In this document: piece by piece, positions 8,310 to 17,313 of the stretch
How the letters are laid out: every line of letters begins with the position of its first letter
Numbering within the stretch: position 1 is the stretch's first letter
Origin: Propionibacterium freudenreichii subsp. freudenreichii
GTDB lineage: Bacteria > Actinomycetota > Actinomycetes > Propionibacteriales > Propionibacteriaceae
Assembly: GCF_000940845.1 (NCBI RefSeq)
Contig: NZ_CP010341.1
Location: 2,250,001 to 2,282,000 of the forward strand
Direction of reading: 5' to 3'
Length of the DNA: 32,000 bases
The notes under the pieces: model-generated
Told to the model about the DNA's origin: nothing
Database searches by the model: none
What the model saw: only the letters and a program-made list of their open reading frames with translations
Made by a program: the position numbers and the translations under genes

Positions 8310-9313
8310 GCCCGCTCCCCCCGTCCAGCGTGAGGCCCGGGCGCGCGGTCCGCCATTTGCGCGCGCACCCGGCGGTAGCGACCCACCGCGCTCCAGGTCT
8401 CGACGCCCAACAGCCCGGCCAGCACCAACGCGAACACCCAGTAGACCTCCACGGTGCGTCCAGGTTCGGTGTGCGCGGCGGAGGCACTGGCCGCCAACCC
8501 CGTGGCGGGCAGCGGGCCTGGCGCGGTGCGATGGTCGTAGTGGCCGCCGGTCTGCGCCGCAATCGCCTGCAGGGTCGCCTCGTCGAGGTGCGAGACGGCC
8601 CGCGAGCCCTGATAGCTCACATAGTCGCCCGAGCCCGGGTAGATCTGCATCGGCGCCCCGGCACTGGTGCCATAGCCGAGCACGAGCGCATCATCCAGGT
8701 CGCCGGCCAGCGACGCGAAGGAGCGCGGAGGTTGGTCGATCGTCTGCTCCCCGTCGCCGCAGTAGACGAACAGTCGCTGCGCGCCGGGACGCTCGGCCCG
8801 GGACGCATCGAGCAGTTGCCGGGCCTGGTCGACGCCCACGGAGATGTCGCTCCCGGTGCCGCGCGGGTTCTCACGCCATCCGATCGCGGCGGCGTAGCTG
8901 GCCACCGCCTGGCCATCGGTGGTGAAGGGCACCTCCACGCGGGCGTCGTTGTCCATGGCGATCACCGCGAAGCGGGCACCCGGATGGTCGGAGACCAGCT
9001 GGGCCACGTCGGAGGCGACGCCCGCGATGCGCGGCTGGTTGCCGTCGTAGTCCTCGGCGCCCATGGACGTGGTGCGGTCGATGAGCACCACCACGTCGGC
9101 GCCCGCCGGGGCCGGCTTCGGCGGGCTGGTGCGCCCGATCACCGGGTGCACCCCGATGAGCACCACGAGCAGGCAGATCGCCAGGCGCACCCAGCGGTGG
9201 GCCACCCGGGCCTCCCGCGCAGGTGCCCCACGATCGGCGCGCACGAGCGCCACGGTGACGCCGGTCAGGGCCAGGCCGGCGACGATCACCCACCAGATCG
9301 GTTGGAAGCTCAT
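8306..9313 (-). CDS. von Willebrand factor A (VWA) domain membrane protein (BatB-like)
   Basis: I chose the start at MSFQPIWWVIVAGLALTG (ATG complement of 9311-9313), which overlaps the upstream stop as ATGA. The VWA/MIDAS region reads DVVVLIDRTTSMGAEDYDG...RFAVIAMDNDARVEVPFTTD...GTGSDISVG. A C-terminal TM segment is present. Confidence 0.8.
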   Translation of the reverse strand: MSFQPIWWVIVAGLALTGVTVALVRADRGAPAREARVAHRWVRLAICLLVVLIGVHPVIGRTSPPKPAPAGADVVVLIDRTTSMGAEDYDGNQPRIAGVASDVAQLVSDHPGARFAVIAMDNDARVEVPFTTDGQAVASYAAAIGWRENPRGTGSDISVGVDQARQLLDASRAERPGAQRLFVYCGDGEQTIDQPPRSFASLAGDLDDALVLGYGTSAGAPMQIYPGSGDYVSYQGSRAVSHLDEATLQAIAAQTGGHYDHRTAPGPLPATGLAASASAAHTEPGRTVEVYWVFALVLAGLLGVETWSAVGRYRRVRAQMADRAPGPHAGRGERA

Positions 9314-10320
9314 CGGCGTCCTCCCCGCGCACCGCGCGCGACCCCGGGACGGCGCACCTCGCTGATCGTCACGATCGCCAGCCCCAGGCACACCAGTCCG
9401 GCGCCGAATCCGGGCCGGTCGAACGACCTGTTGGTGGTGTGGGACAGGATCGCGGCACGCTGCTGCGCCTCGACCGCCTGGGCGATCACCTGGGTGTTGG
9501 CGGGTTGGCCGGCCTGCACGGTCAGCACCTCGCCGCCGGTGGTGTGGGCGGCGTTGCGCAGGGTGGTGAGTGCTTCCGCGTCGTCATTGTCGGGCGCCAC
9601 CACGAAGACCATCACCTGCTTGTCGCGGGCAGCTTCCGCGGCCTGCTGGATCGAGTAGATCGCATTGCCCGACACCAGTCCGTCGGTGGCGAGCACGATC
9701 GTGCGCGATCGCGGCTGGTCGAGTTGGTCGAAGCGCCGCACGCAGCTGGTGAGCCCGTCGCCCACCAGCGACGATCCGGAATCGCCGACGCGGGTGCCGG
9801 CAATGGGATTGCGCTCGAGGTCGGCCACCTGCCTGCCCGCGTCGGTCAGCCGGGCCTGCACGAAGCCGGCGTCGCTGGTCAGCGGGAACAGGGTGACCGC
9901 GCCCGAGTCGAAGGCGACCAGCCCGATGCGCTCGCTGTCGAGGCGTTGGCTGAGGCGCTGGTAGGTGTCGACGACCGGCACATCGATGCCCTCCATGGAC
10001 GGTGACACGTCCAGACAGAGCATCACATCGCGGTTGCGCATGAGTTCGTCGTCATTGGACACCCGGATCACCCGGGCGGCGAGCAACCCGGTGCCCAGTG
10101 CGGCCAGCGCCAGCCCGACCAGTCCGATGCGGGCCCAGCGCGCCCGGGCCGCCGCCAGTTGCCGGAAGCGCGGCAGGGCGCGCAGCCGTTCGGCGTGCGC
10201 AAGCCACAGGGCGCTCTCGTCCTGGCCGCGACGCCGTGAGCGCCCCAGCAGCCGCAGGAGGCCCACGCCGACCAGCGCCACCAGCACCGCGGCGCCGAGC
10301 CACCACCACATCACGCCCAT
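9310..10320 (-). CDS. VWA domain membrane protein (BatA-like)
   Basis: 336 aa with N-terminal TM segments. The VWA region reads RDVMLCLDVSPSMEGIDV...RIGLVAFDSGAVTLFPLTSD...SSLVGDGL...TIVLATDG. An alternative start at 10311 cannot be excluded. Confidence 0.85.
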   Translation of the reverse strand: MGVMWWWLGAAVLVALVGVGLLRLLGRSRRRGQDESALWLAHAERLRALPRFRQLAAARARWARIGLVGLALAALGTGLLAARVIRVSNDDELMRNRDVMLCLDVSPSMEGIDVPVVDTYQRLSQRLDSERIGLVAFDSGAVTLFPLTSDAGFVQARLTDAGRQVADLERNPIAGTRVGDSGSSLVGDGLTSCVRRFDQLDQPRSRTIVLATDGLVSGNAIYSIQQAAEAARDKQVMVFVVAPDNDDAEALTTLRNAAHTTGGEVLTVQAGQPANTQVIAQAVEAQQRAAILSHTTNRSFDRPGFGAGLVCLGLAIVTISEVRRPGVARGARGGRR

Positions 10321-10931
10321 TGCACGACCACCTCGCGCGCCTGGTGGATGGCCTCATCGGCGCCGGGGACCGTGGCCCGTTCGGGGGAGCTTGCCTGCTC
10401 ACGCGGAGTCCCACCGGTGGACGCGTCCTCCGACGGCATCGCCGGGCCGGGGGCCGAAAAGCTCGCGGCATAGCCGGACGCCACGAACTGCGCCGCCGGC
10501 TCCAGCGCCGGGTTGTCCAGGGCGGCCCGTTCCAGCTCGGCCAGGGTCTGGAAGTCAGCGTCGCCACCGCTGGCGATGCCGACGAAGCGGCGCACGATCG
10601 CCGACAGCTGCTGGTGCACGGCCCTGTCGTCCAGGGCACCGGCGCAGTAGTCGGTCTCCACGTGGTCGATCTGTTGCAGCGTCCGTGCGCGCAGCCTGTC
10701 CAGGCTGTCCGGGGTGCGTGACGCGTCCTCCCGGGCCCACCGGCGGGCCAGTCGGCGCAGTGCCCAGCCGCCGACGACGGCCACCACTGCCAGGGTGAGC
10801 GCCACCAGGTACAGCCATCCGCTGTGGCGCACCGGCGGATTGATGTCGAGCGGAAGCATCCGGACCAGGGCCGCCCGGGGGCCCACCACCGCCGGGTCGG
10901 CCAGCACCAGCAGCTCAGCGAGTGGATACAT
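10311..10931 (-). CDS. Membrane protein occupying the DUF4381-like position between the DUF58 and VWA genes
   Basis: 206 aa with one clear TM segment (WLYLVALTLAVVAVVGGWAL). It sits where Bat-type operons usually carry a small TM protein. The family assignment rests on context only. Confidence 0.5.
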   Translation of the reverse strand: MYPLAELLVLADPAVVGPRAALVRMLPLDINPPVRHSGWLYLVALTLAVVAVVGGWALRRLARRWAREDASRTPDSLDRLRARTLQQIDHVETDYCAGALDDRAVHQQLSAIVRRFVGIASGGDADFQTLAELERAALDNPALEPAAQFVASGYAASFSAPGPAMPSEDASTGGTPREQASSPERATVPGADEAIHQAREVVVQWA

Positions 10932-11976
10932 GGCGCATCCTCTCCAACACCGACAGCACCTGGGTGATCACCACGTCATCCGGGGAGATCTCGGCATGCG
11001 GCACGCCGATCTGCTCCAGCGCGCGGGCCCGTTCGGCGTGGCGACGTTCGGTCTGCCGGGCGAACTCGCGGGCCAGTACGGCGTCGTGCCCCACGAAGGA
11101 GGGCAACCCGAGGCCACTGTCGACGTCACGCAGTTCCCGACCGGCACGCGCCGCGGCTTCGGGATCGAGTTCACCGATCGCGATGTGCACCAGCTGGTGC
11201 TGCGCGGCGAGGCGTCGCATGGACGCCAGGGCGGCATGGCCCGGCATGACGTCGGCGGTGACCAGGAACATGACGGTGCGACGCCGGGTGGCGGCGATCA
11301 TCGTGCGCACCAGTTCGTCGAAGCGGGCCGGCGGCGACTCCGGCGTGCTCGATTCCTGCACGGCCACGAGCATGCGTTCCAGCTCGGTCTCGCGCAGCGT
11401 GGGGCGGGGGAGGAAGGGGCCATCGGCGCCCATCGACGCGATGCTGGCGTAGTCGCCGTGGCCCACCGCGAGCCATCCAAGCAGCCCGGCCACGGTGATG
11501 GCCACGTCAGCGACCGACTCGCTGACCATGGGCACAGGAGCGACCGACTCGCTGACCATGGGCACAGGAGCGACTGACTCGCTGGTCCCCGACCTCGTGG
11601 TGGCCTTCTCCCGGCTGTCGTTCCCGGGTGCGGCCACAGCGCGAGCCGACGCTCCGGTCCACGCGTGCGCCCCCTCCCCCGGCAGGCGGGTCGGGGCGAT
11701 GGCGGCCGTGCCGGCCATCTCGCGTCCGATGTCGACCACCACCATGATCGTGTGCTTGCGGTCGCCCACATAGCGCTTCACCAGCACCTCGTCGCCGCGC
11801 GCGGTGGCGTTCCAGTCGATGTCCTTCACGTCGTCACCGGGCACATAGGCGCGCAGGTCGGCGAAGTCGAGGCTGCGTCCGGCATGGATCGACGCGTAGG
11901 CGCCATCGAGCAGCCCGGCCACCCGGCGTTGGGCGGGGATGGTCAGGCTGGTCTTGATGCGGGTGAGCAGTGCCAT
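10915..11976 (-). CDS. DUF58 domain protein (MoxR-associated, VWA-like fold) with a low-complexity insertion
   Basis: I start at MALLTRIK (ATG complement of 11974-11976), 4 nt after the moxR stop. The DUF58 hallmark RSLDFADLRAYVPGDDVKDIDWNATARGDEVLVKRY is present. The longer track ORF (to 12228) overlaps the moxR C-terminus in another frame. Confidence 0.85.
   Translation of the reverse strand: MALLTRIKTSLTIPAQRRVAGLLDGAYASIHAGRSLDFADLRAYVPGDDVKDIDWNATARGDEVLVKRYVGDRKHTIMVVVDIGREMAGTAAIAPTRLPGEGAHAWTGASARAVAAPGNDSREKATTRSGTSESVAPVPMVSESVAPVPMVSESVADVAITVAGLLGWLAVGHGDYASIASMGADGPFLPRPTLRETELERMLVAVQESSTPESPPARFDELVRTMIAATRRRTVMFLVTADVMPGHAALASMRRLAAQHQLVHIAIGELDPEAAARAGRELRDVDSGLGLPSFVGHDAVLAREFARQTERRHAERARALEQIGVPHAEISPDDVVITQVLSVLERMRHVSTR
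11509..11585. repeat. 30-bp in-frame tandem repeat (2.5 copies) inside the DUF58 gene
   Basis: AGCGACCGACTCGCTGACCATGGGCACAGG occurs at 11509-11538 and 11539-11568, followed by a partial third copy. It encodes SESVAPVPMV SESVAPVPMV SESVA. Confidence 0.92.
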
Positions 11977-11980
11977 GGCG

Positions 11981-12218
11981 TCAGGGCGTGGGCACGGCGT
12001 CGAACACGGCGTCGATGATGGTCTCGGGGTGCACCTGCTCGGCGATCGCCTCGAAGGTGAGCACGATGCGGTGGCGCAGCACGGGATGGCGCATCGCCTT
12101 GATGTCCTCGGGCAGCACATGGTCGCGTCCGGCCAGCAGCGCACCGGCCTTGGCCGCCTCGAGGAAGGCCAGTGAGCCACGCGGGCTCGACCCGTAATCG
12201 ATATAGCGGGCGATATCC
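11981..12218 (-). pseudogene. MoxR-family AAA+ ATPase, C-terminal ~79 codons only; the 5' part has been removed at the ISL3 junction
   Basis: The translation PDIARYIDYGSSPRGSLAFLEAAKAGALLAGRDHVLPEDIKAMRHPVLRHRIVLTFEAIAEQVHPETIIDAVFDAVPTP is the conserved MoxR C-terminal lid. No Walker A/B region appears anywhere in the window. The homology stops exactly at the IS inverted repeat (12219). Confidence 0.85.
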
Positions 12219-13654
12219 GGCTCTTCACGATTGAGGGTGTAGTTGGGGTCTGAATCCTCCGGCCTCGAGGAGACTGCGGGCAATGTAGTTCGTCAGGTTT
12301 CGGAAGCCCAAGGCTGAGCCGCGCAGGTGTTCCAGTCGGCCATTGAGGGCTTCTGTCGGGCCGTTGGAGGTGTGGGGGCGCTCGAAGTAGGCCAGGACGT
12401 CTGTGGCGCGCCGCTTGAGGGTGCGCCCCAGGGTGATGATCTCAGCGAGGGCGGCGGGAACGCCGCGGCTGATGACCTCGATGACGTGGGCCAGCTGGGC
12501 TCGCCCGGCCTTGGGGTCGGGATCGCGGTAGGCGGCCACGATCTTCTGGTAGATGCCCCAGGTGGCTTCCACCCCGACGTGAGCGTCCTGGGCGAAGACG
12601 CCCTCCAGGCGGGTGCGTTGCTTGTCTGTGAGGAGATCCATCCCGGTGTGCAGGGTCTTGCGCACCCCGTACAGGGGATCCCCGGACCGGCCTCGATGTC
12701 CGGTGGTGTCTTGCTGGACGCGCTGGCGGCAGTGGTCCAGGGCATCGCCGGCGAGCTGGACGACGTGGAAGGGATCCATGACCTCCACCGCGTCGGGGAG
12801 TTCTTCCTTCGCTGCGGTCTTGAACCCGGTGAAGCCGTCCATGGCGACCACCTCAATCCGGTCGCGCCACGCAGGGTCTTGCTGGCTGAGCCACTCCTTG
12901 AAGGCCTTCTTGGAGCGGCCCTCCACCATGTCCAACAACCTGGCAGGACCCCTTCCCTCGCGCAGCGGGGTGAGGTCGATGATCACGGTGACGAACTTGT
13001 CGCCCCTGCGCGTGTGCCGCCACACGTGCTCGTCCACCCCGATCGTGGTCACACCCTCGAAGCGATGCTCATCGTTGATGAGGACCCTGCGTCCCTCCTC
13101 CAGGACGGAGGTGTTGGCGCAGTCCCAGGACACGCCCAGACCCTCAGCGACCCGGGCGACGGTGAGGTGTTGGACGACGATGCCCGCCACGGGCCCAACG
13201 CAGTCCGCCCCGGGACAGTTTCGAGCGCGGCTGGGCCGCCCCAGTGGTGTCCTGCCTCCACACACGCCCACACCCCGAACAGCGGTAGCGACGCACTCGC
13301 ACCACCAGTGTCACCGGTCTCCAGCCCGAGGGCTCGTGGGCGAGGCGACGGACCACGGTGTCGCGGGGGATCCCTTCGCACCCACACTCGCGACACCACC
13401 GGTCATCGTCCACCACCCGGCAGGCCACCTCGCAGCGATCCGGGAGGACTCTCTGGCCCACCACCACGAGGCCGAGGTCATCCAGGCGGGCGAACGTGGT
13501 CAGATCGGGGGCAGCAAAGGTAGCGTGGGACACGTCGGGGTCTTTCAGATGGGCAGCGTAGGAACTCCCATCATCGGAAGACCCCGACCCTCACACCCAC
13601 CCCGACACGCCAGCCAGACTCAACCCCCCGCTACACCCCGGATCGCGAAGAGCC
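12219..13654 (-). mobile_element. ISL3-family insertion sequence (1436 bp)
   Basis: Terminal inverted repeats are GGCTCTTCACGATTGAGGGTGTAG (12219->) and GGCTCTTCGCGATCCGGGGTGTAG (reverse complement, ending at 13654). The element encodes an ISL3 transposase. The flanking 8-mers differ (CGATATCC vs CGTTGAGT), so there is no target-site duplication. Confidence 0.9.
12225..13533 (-). pseudogene. ISL3-family transposase split by a 1-nt frameshift (or a sequencing error)
   Basis: The N-terminal ORF 13144..13533 carries the zinc-finger region (RWCRECGCEG...RRYRCSGCGRVWRQD). The C-terminal ORF 12225..13271 carries the DDE region (GVDEHVWRH...VAMDGFTGFK...HTSNGPTEALNGRLEHLRG). The frames join at the GGGCCC run at about 13191-13196. 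Confidence 0.85.
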
Positions 13655-13801
13655 CGTTGAGTGTCAGAGGCTCGTGGTAGCTACTAGAACGGGTTACGGT
13701 GCGAAGGGCGTAGCCATAGTCAGGTGTCGATCGGCGACAGGTCCGGTTTGGGCAGGTCTCTGGCGACGAGACCAGCGGAAGCTCAGAAGAAGGAGAAGTA
13801 G

Positions 13802-14974
13802 GTGTCCATGATTCAGCGGGCCGAGGACGGGCAGCCCGGCCGGCGCCGTAACCTTTCGGTGGTCGGGATCAGCGGTCTGGAAGAGTGGGAGAAGCACCTC
13901 GACCCGCCGAAGCGGCTGATCATCACCGGGGATGCCCGAGACACCGGCGTCGACGACAACTCGATCGATCTTGTCGTCACTTCACCGCCCTACTGGCGGA
14001 AACGTGACTACGGGCATCCCGATCAGATCGGTCAGGAGGCCACTCCGCAGGCATATGTCGAGTCGATGATGCAGTGCCTGGACGAGTGGAGGCGTGTGCT
14101 GCGCCCCACGGGGTCGGTCTTCCTGAACATCGGTGACACTTACCATCACCGATCCCTCATGGGTATCCCCGGCTTGGTTGAGTTCGGGGCTGTACAGCGC
14201 GGATGGCTGATCCGTAACCGCATCATCTGGACCAAGGACGGGGGGATGCCCGAGCCTGCGAGGAACCGGCTGGCCAACCGACACGAGTATGTGATCCACT
14301 TGGCGCTGAAACCGAACTATTACTACGATCTGCTCGGTTATTCGGAGGAGATGGGGAACGGTGCTAATCCGGGGGATGTGTGGCACATCAACCCCGAGCG
14401 CAACATGGGTCGCCATCTCGCGCCATTCCCGCAAGAGCTCGTCCGCAGGGCTGTGATGTTGGGCTGCCCTCCCCAAGTCTGCGCGACTTGCGGGAAGCCT
14501 CGGGTGCGGGTTGTGGAGCGCACCGACCAGCTCGACATGAGCCGGCCGCAGGCCAGACGTGCCGCCGAGCTCGCCAAAGAGCATGGCCTGACGGCTGAGC
14601 ACATTCGCGCTATCCAGGCGACCGGGGTCTCCGATGTGGGCAAGGCAACTAAGTTCCAGAGCGGCACCGGACGGAACTCCGTGAGGGTCCAACGGCTCGC
14701 GGCTGAGGCCAAAGCTGCCCTGGGCGGATACTTCCGGGAGTTCACCTTCGCCAAGAAGGAGACCGTGGGCTGGACAGACTGCGGCCATGGCACTCCCATT
14801 CGTGGGTGCGTCCTAGACCCGTTCGTGGGAACTGGGACAACACTGACCGCTGCCAACAACATGGGCTGTGACGCGATCGGTGTCGACCTGATGCCCGTCG
14901 CACCGGAACCAAGTCTTCATCCGGCGAGGAAGCACGGGCGCCGATCACGCGGAGATGAGCTCCCGGATCTGTGA
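13802..14974 (+). CDS. Beta-class N4-cytosine/N6-adenine DNA methyltransferase (N6_N4_Mtase family)
   Basis: 390 aa. Motif IV (DLVVTSPPYW) precedes motif I (VLDPFVGTGTT), which is the beta-class permutation. A Cys-containing insert (CATCGKP...WTDCGH) is a likely target-recognition region. AAGGAG lies 9 nt upstream of the GTG at 13802. The local GC content is lower. Confidence 0.9.
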   Translation: MSMIQRAEDGQPGRRRNLSVVGISGLEEWEKHLDPPKRLIITGDARDTGVDDNSIDLVVTSPPYWRKRDYGHPDQIGQEATPQAYVESMMQCLDEWRRVLRPTGSVFLNIGDTYHHRSLMGIPGLVEFGAVQRGWLIRNRIIWTKDGGMPEPARNRLANRHEYVIHLALKPNYYYDLLGYSEEMGNGANPGDVWHINPERNMGRHLAPFPQELVRRAVMLGCPPQVCATCGKPRVRVVERTDQLDMSRPQARRAAELAKEHGLTAEHIRAIQATGVSDVGKATKFQSGTGRNSVRVQRLAAEAKAALGGYFREFTFAKKETVGWTDCGHGTPIRGCVLDPFVGTGTTLTAANNMGCDAIGVDLMPVAPEPSLHPARKHGRRSRGDELPDL

Positions 14975-16345
14975 CGCCATCGTCTGCATCTCCTCGTCCA
15001 AGTCCTCCGCGTCGAGATCGACACGGTACTGAAGGGCGAGCGTCGTCCCGACACGCCCCTCCACGAAGAGACCCGGCTGGGATTCTTGTGTTCGGGGATG
15101 AATCGTCATGACCATGGGACTGCGGTAGCGATGGCCGTACGTCATCACCTGCTCGAGTTCTGAGCGCTCCATGTAGTCGTGTACCTTGGTGCATTTGACG
15201 TCTGCGATGAGCGGATATGTGCCGTCCTCGTGCTGGAAGACAATATCGGGCGTCATGTTCTCGGATCGCTTGGTGATAGGGATGGCCGAATCCGGTAGAC
15301 ATTCATGCTGCTTGTCGGTTAGTTCTTGGTAGATCATCTTGCGGCCGGGGTCCTTATTTCCGTCCAAGACTGCAAGGCCCGGCACATTTGCGAAGGCTTC
15401 TTGGAGAGAGAGGCGGACGAACTCTTCGAACAGGGCTTCCGTATTCACGAGGAGTGTCGACATGATGGGATTCCCGGGCCGGTCCTCGACGCGAGCGTCG
15501 CGAGAGTTGAGGGTGATGCCCCGGTCGGTGAGGATCGCGAAAGCCAGGTCGAGGGCTGGCCGGTAGTAGGCGCGGGGTTCTGGCAGCGGCGTGAGGCCGC
15601 GGACCTGTGGATCTTCCAGGAAGGAACGCCGGTCGGTGATCGGAACCTCTTTCAGAATCTGGAGCGCCGCGCCAGTACGGCGAATCCGCGTGCCGCGCTG
15701 CTCTTCGAACTGCGCGCTGTACTGCGCTTGCGCCGCGTACCTCTGGTGAAGAGCCAGCAGGGTTGCCTTCAAGCACCGGTTGGGTGGGTTGTCAATTGAA
15801 CGCTCGAACCAGGAAAACTGGGCATGATGGGTGATCCCGCGACTGGCGAATCGGAGCATGGTGTCTGTGGCGTCAAGGTGTCCGTGTAGGTATGAGCCGC
15901 TCTCCACTGTGCGGTGGTAGCGGCGCAGGAGCCCATTCGAGGTGATGATGTCGAATGCATCCAGTAACGCATCAGCCATCACATCCACGAGCCACTCGCC
16001 AGTGTCGTCTGACGGCTCGTAGCGGCGCAACGCCGGGATGGCGATCGGAGTGCGCCCGCACATGTTCACGATGTGGGTGAGGTTCCTGATGGGGAATCGT
16101 GGCCGGACCTGGAGAGTGATCCGCTCAGTCAGGGGAATGAGCCCAGAGCAACCCCTTGCTCTTAGCCGAAGATGCCCGTGCTTGAAGTCGATGACGACAT
16201 ACTTCTCCTGTATCCCGTCAATGATATTGAGGCGGCCGTCAGGCCCAAGTACCTCATCGGGGTCGATGTTGATCTCGTCGTACTCGTAGCAGGGGATGAT
16301 AATACGGCCGGGCTGATCCAGCCGAGGAACCGGGCTGATGGTCAT
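14945..16345 (-). CDS. McrC-like nuclease subunit (PD-(D/E)xK) of a McrBC-type system
   Basis: 466 aa. The C-terminal nuclease motif is TPDIVFQHEDGTYPLIADVKCTK (D...DxK). Size and layout are McrC-like. The start overlaps the McrB-like stop (ATGA, 16342-16345). Confidence 0.82.
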   Translation of the reverse strand: MTISPVPRLDQPGRIIIPCYEYDEINIDPDEVLGPDGRLNIIDGIQEKYVVIDFKHGHLRLRARGCSGLIPLTERITLQVRPRFPIRNLTHIVNMCGRTPIAIPALRRYEPSDDTGEWLVDVMADALLDAFDIITSNGLLRRYHRTVESGSYLHGHLDATDTMLRFASRGITHHAQFSWFERSIDNPPNRCLKATLLALHQRYAAQAQYSAQFEEQRGTRIRRTGAALQILKEVPITDRRSFLEDPQVRGLTPLPEPRAYYRPALDLAFAILTDRGITLNSRDARVEDRPGNPIMSTLLVNTEALFEEFVRLSLQEAFANVPGLAVLDGNKDPGRKMIYQELTDKQHECLPDSAIPITKRSENMTPDIVFQHEDGTYPLIADVKCTKVHDYMERSELEQVMTYGHRYRSPMVMTIHPRTQESQPGLFVEGRVGTTLALQYRVDLDAEDLDEEMQTMASQIRELISA

Positions 16346-17313
16346 GTCGCGTCGGATTCCGTCTGCGAGCCGCTAGCACCTCCAGCATCTGTCAGGCCGA
16401 CGACCTGGTTCCAGCCATTGACGATCTTGTCACGGGCTTGCTGGTCGTACTTGAATGCCCTGTCCACGTGGTACTGAAGCTGATACTCCCAGACGTTCCT
16501 GAGGGTCTCCGCATCCACTACGTCGGAGAAGTATGCATGCCCGATGGCGGCTGCCGGAGTCTGACGGGCCAACTTGTTGATATCCCAGAACCATGCCAGC
16601 AGTCTTCTTCGCATCGCATCGTCGTTGAAGTGGTTATTCTGGAGGATCGCGTCGAGAAGATCACGCCTTGGAGGCATGTTGATCTTCGCGAATCGCCTCT
16701 CGAAGGCGGCGTCCACCTCATCGACGCCACGGTCAAGCGGGTTCATCGTGGCGATAATGTCGATGTTTGGAGGTATCGAGGTCTTTTCCCCCGACGGGAG
16801 GGTGAACTCTTGGTCTCTCTTGGATCGCTCCACATATGTCAGGGCCTCGCCGAACACCCGGCCAACATCCGCACGGCTGAGTTCATCGATTACTAGCACA
16901 TAGGGATGTTTCCGGTCGGCCCTGGCCTTGTTTACGAGTTCGAGAAACACGCCAGGTCGAAGTTCGAACCCAGTGCCGTTCTTTTTGGGCCGGTAACCCT
17001 CCATGAAGTCCTCGAACTGGTACGAAGCATGGAACTGGATGTCGGCCCGCCTGGTGGTGTCGCCGGAGGTGAGGACATCGGCGGCCCGTCCGGCGAGCCA
17101 CGATTTCCCTGTTCCGGGAGGTCCGGTGAGGATCACTCCGCCGAATCGTGCCACGAGCCGGGTGATCTCCACGATTTGTGGATCGTCGGCCTCCAGAAGT
17201 GGGGCGTCGGGTGCGCTGGAACCGTGGGACTCGGAGGCGTGGTGCCGATAGCCGATGTCGAGGTCGTCGGCGCTCAGCGACCTCACATCCCTCACTAGGT
17301 CCACATCAGTCAT
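16342..17313 (-). CDS. McrB-like AAA+ GTPase subunit lacking an N-terminal DNA-binding domain
   Basis: Walker A is LTGPPGTGKS. The McrB signature is VLVIDELSRADVGRVFGEALTYVE, and IIATMNPLDRGVDEVDAAFERRFAKI is also present. Only about 55 residues precede Walker A. I chose the start at ATG 17313, which overlaps the upstream gene end by 8 nt; 17325 is an alternative. Confidence 0.88.
   Translation of the reverse strand: MTDVDLVRDVRSLSADDLDIGYRHHASESHGSSAPDAPLLEADDPQIVEITRLVARFGGVILTGPPGTGKSWLAGRAADVLTSGDTTRRADIQFHASYQFEDFMEGYRPKKNGTGFELRPGVFLELVNKARADRKHPYVLVIDELSRADVGRVFGEALTYVERSKRDQEFTLPSGEKTSIPPNIDIIATMNPLDRGVDEVDAAFERRFAKINMPPRRDLLDAILQNNHFNDDAMRRRLLAWFWDINKLARQTPAAAIGHAYFSDVVDAETLRNVWEYQLQYHVDRAFKYDQQARDKIVNGWNQVVGLTDAGGASGSQTESDAT

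Noticed and set aside
10915-12228. Long (437-aa) version of the DUF58 ORF starting at 12228
   Set aside because: Its first 84 codons overlap the moxR C-terminal coding sequence in another frame and run into the IS end. They encode a Pro/Arg/Cys/Ser-rich string. DUF58 homology begins at MALLTRIK (11976), 4 nt after the moxR stop.
13694-13897. 67-aa minus-strand ORF at the left edge of the island
   Set aside because: It overlaps the well-supported methyltransferase start region on the opposite strand. It has no RBS and its product is unremarkable.
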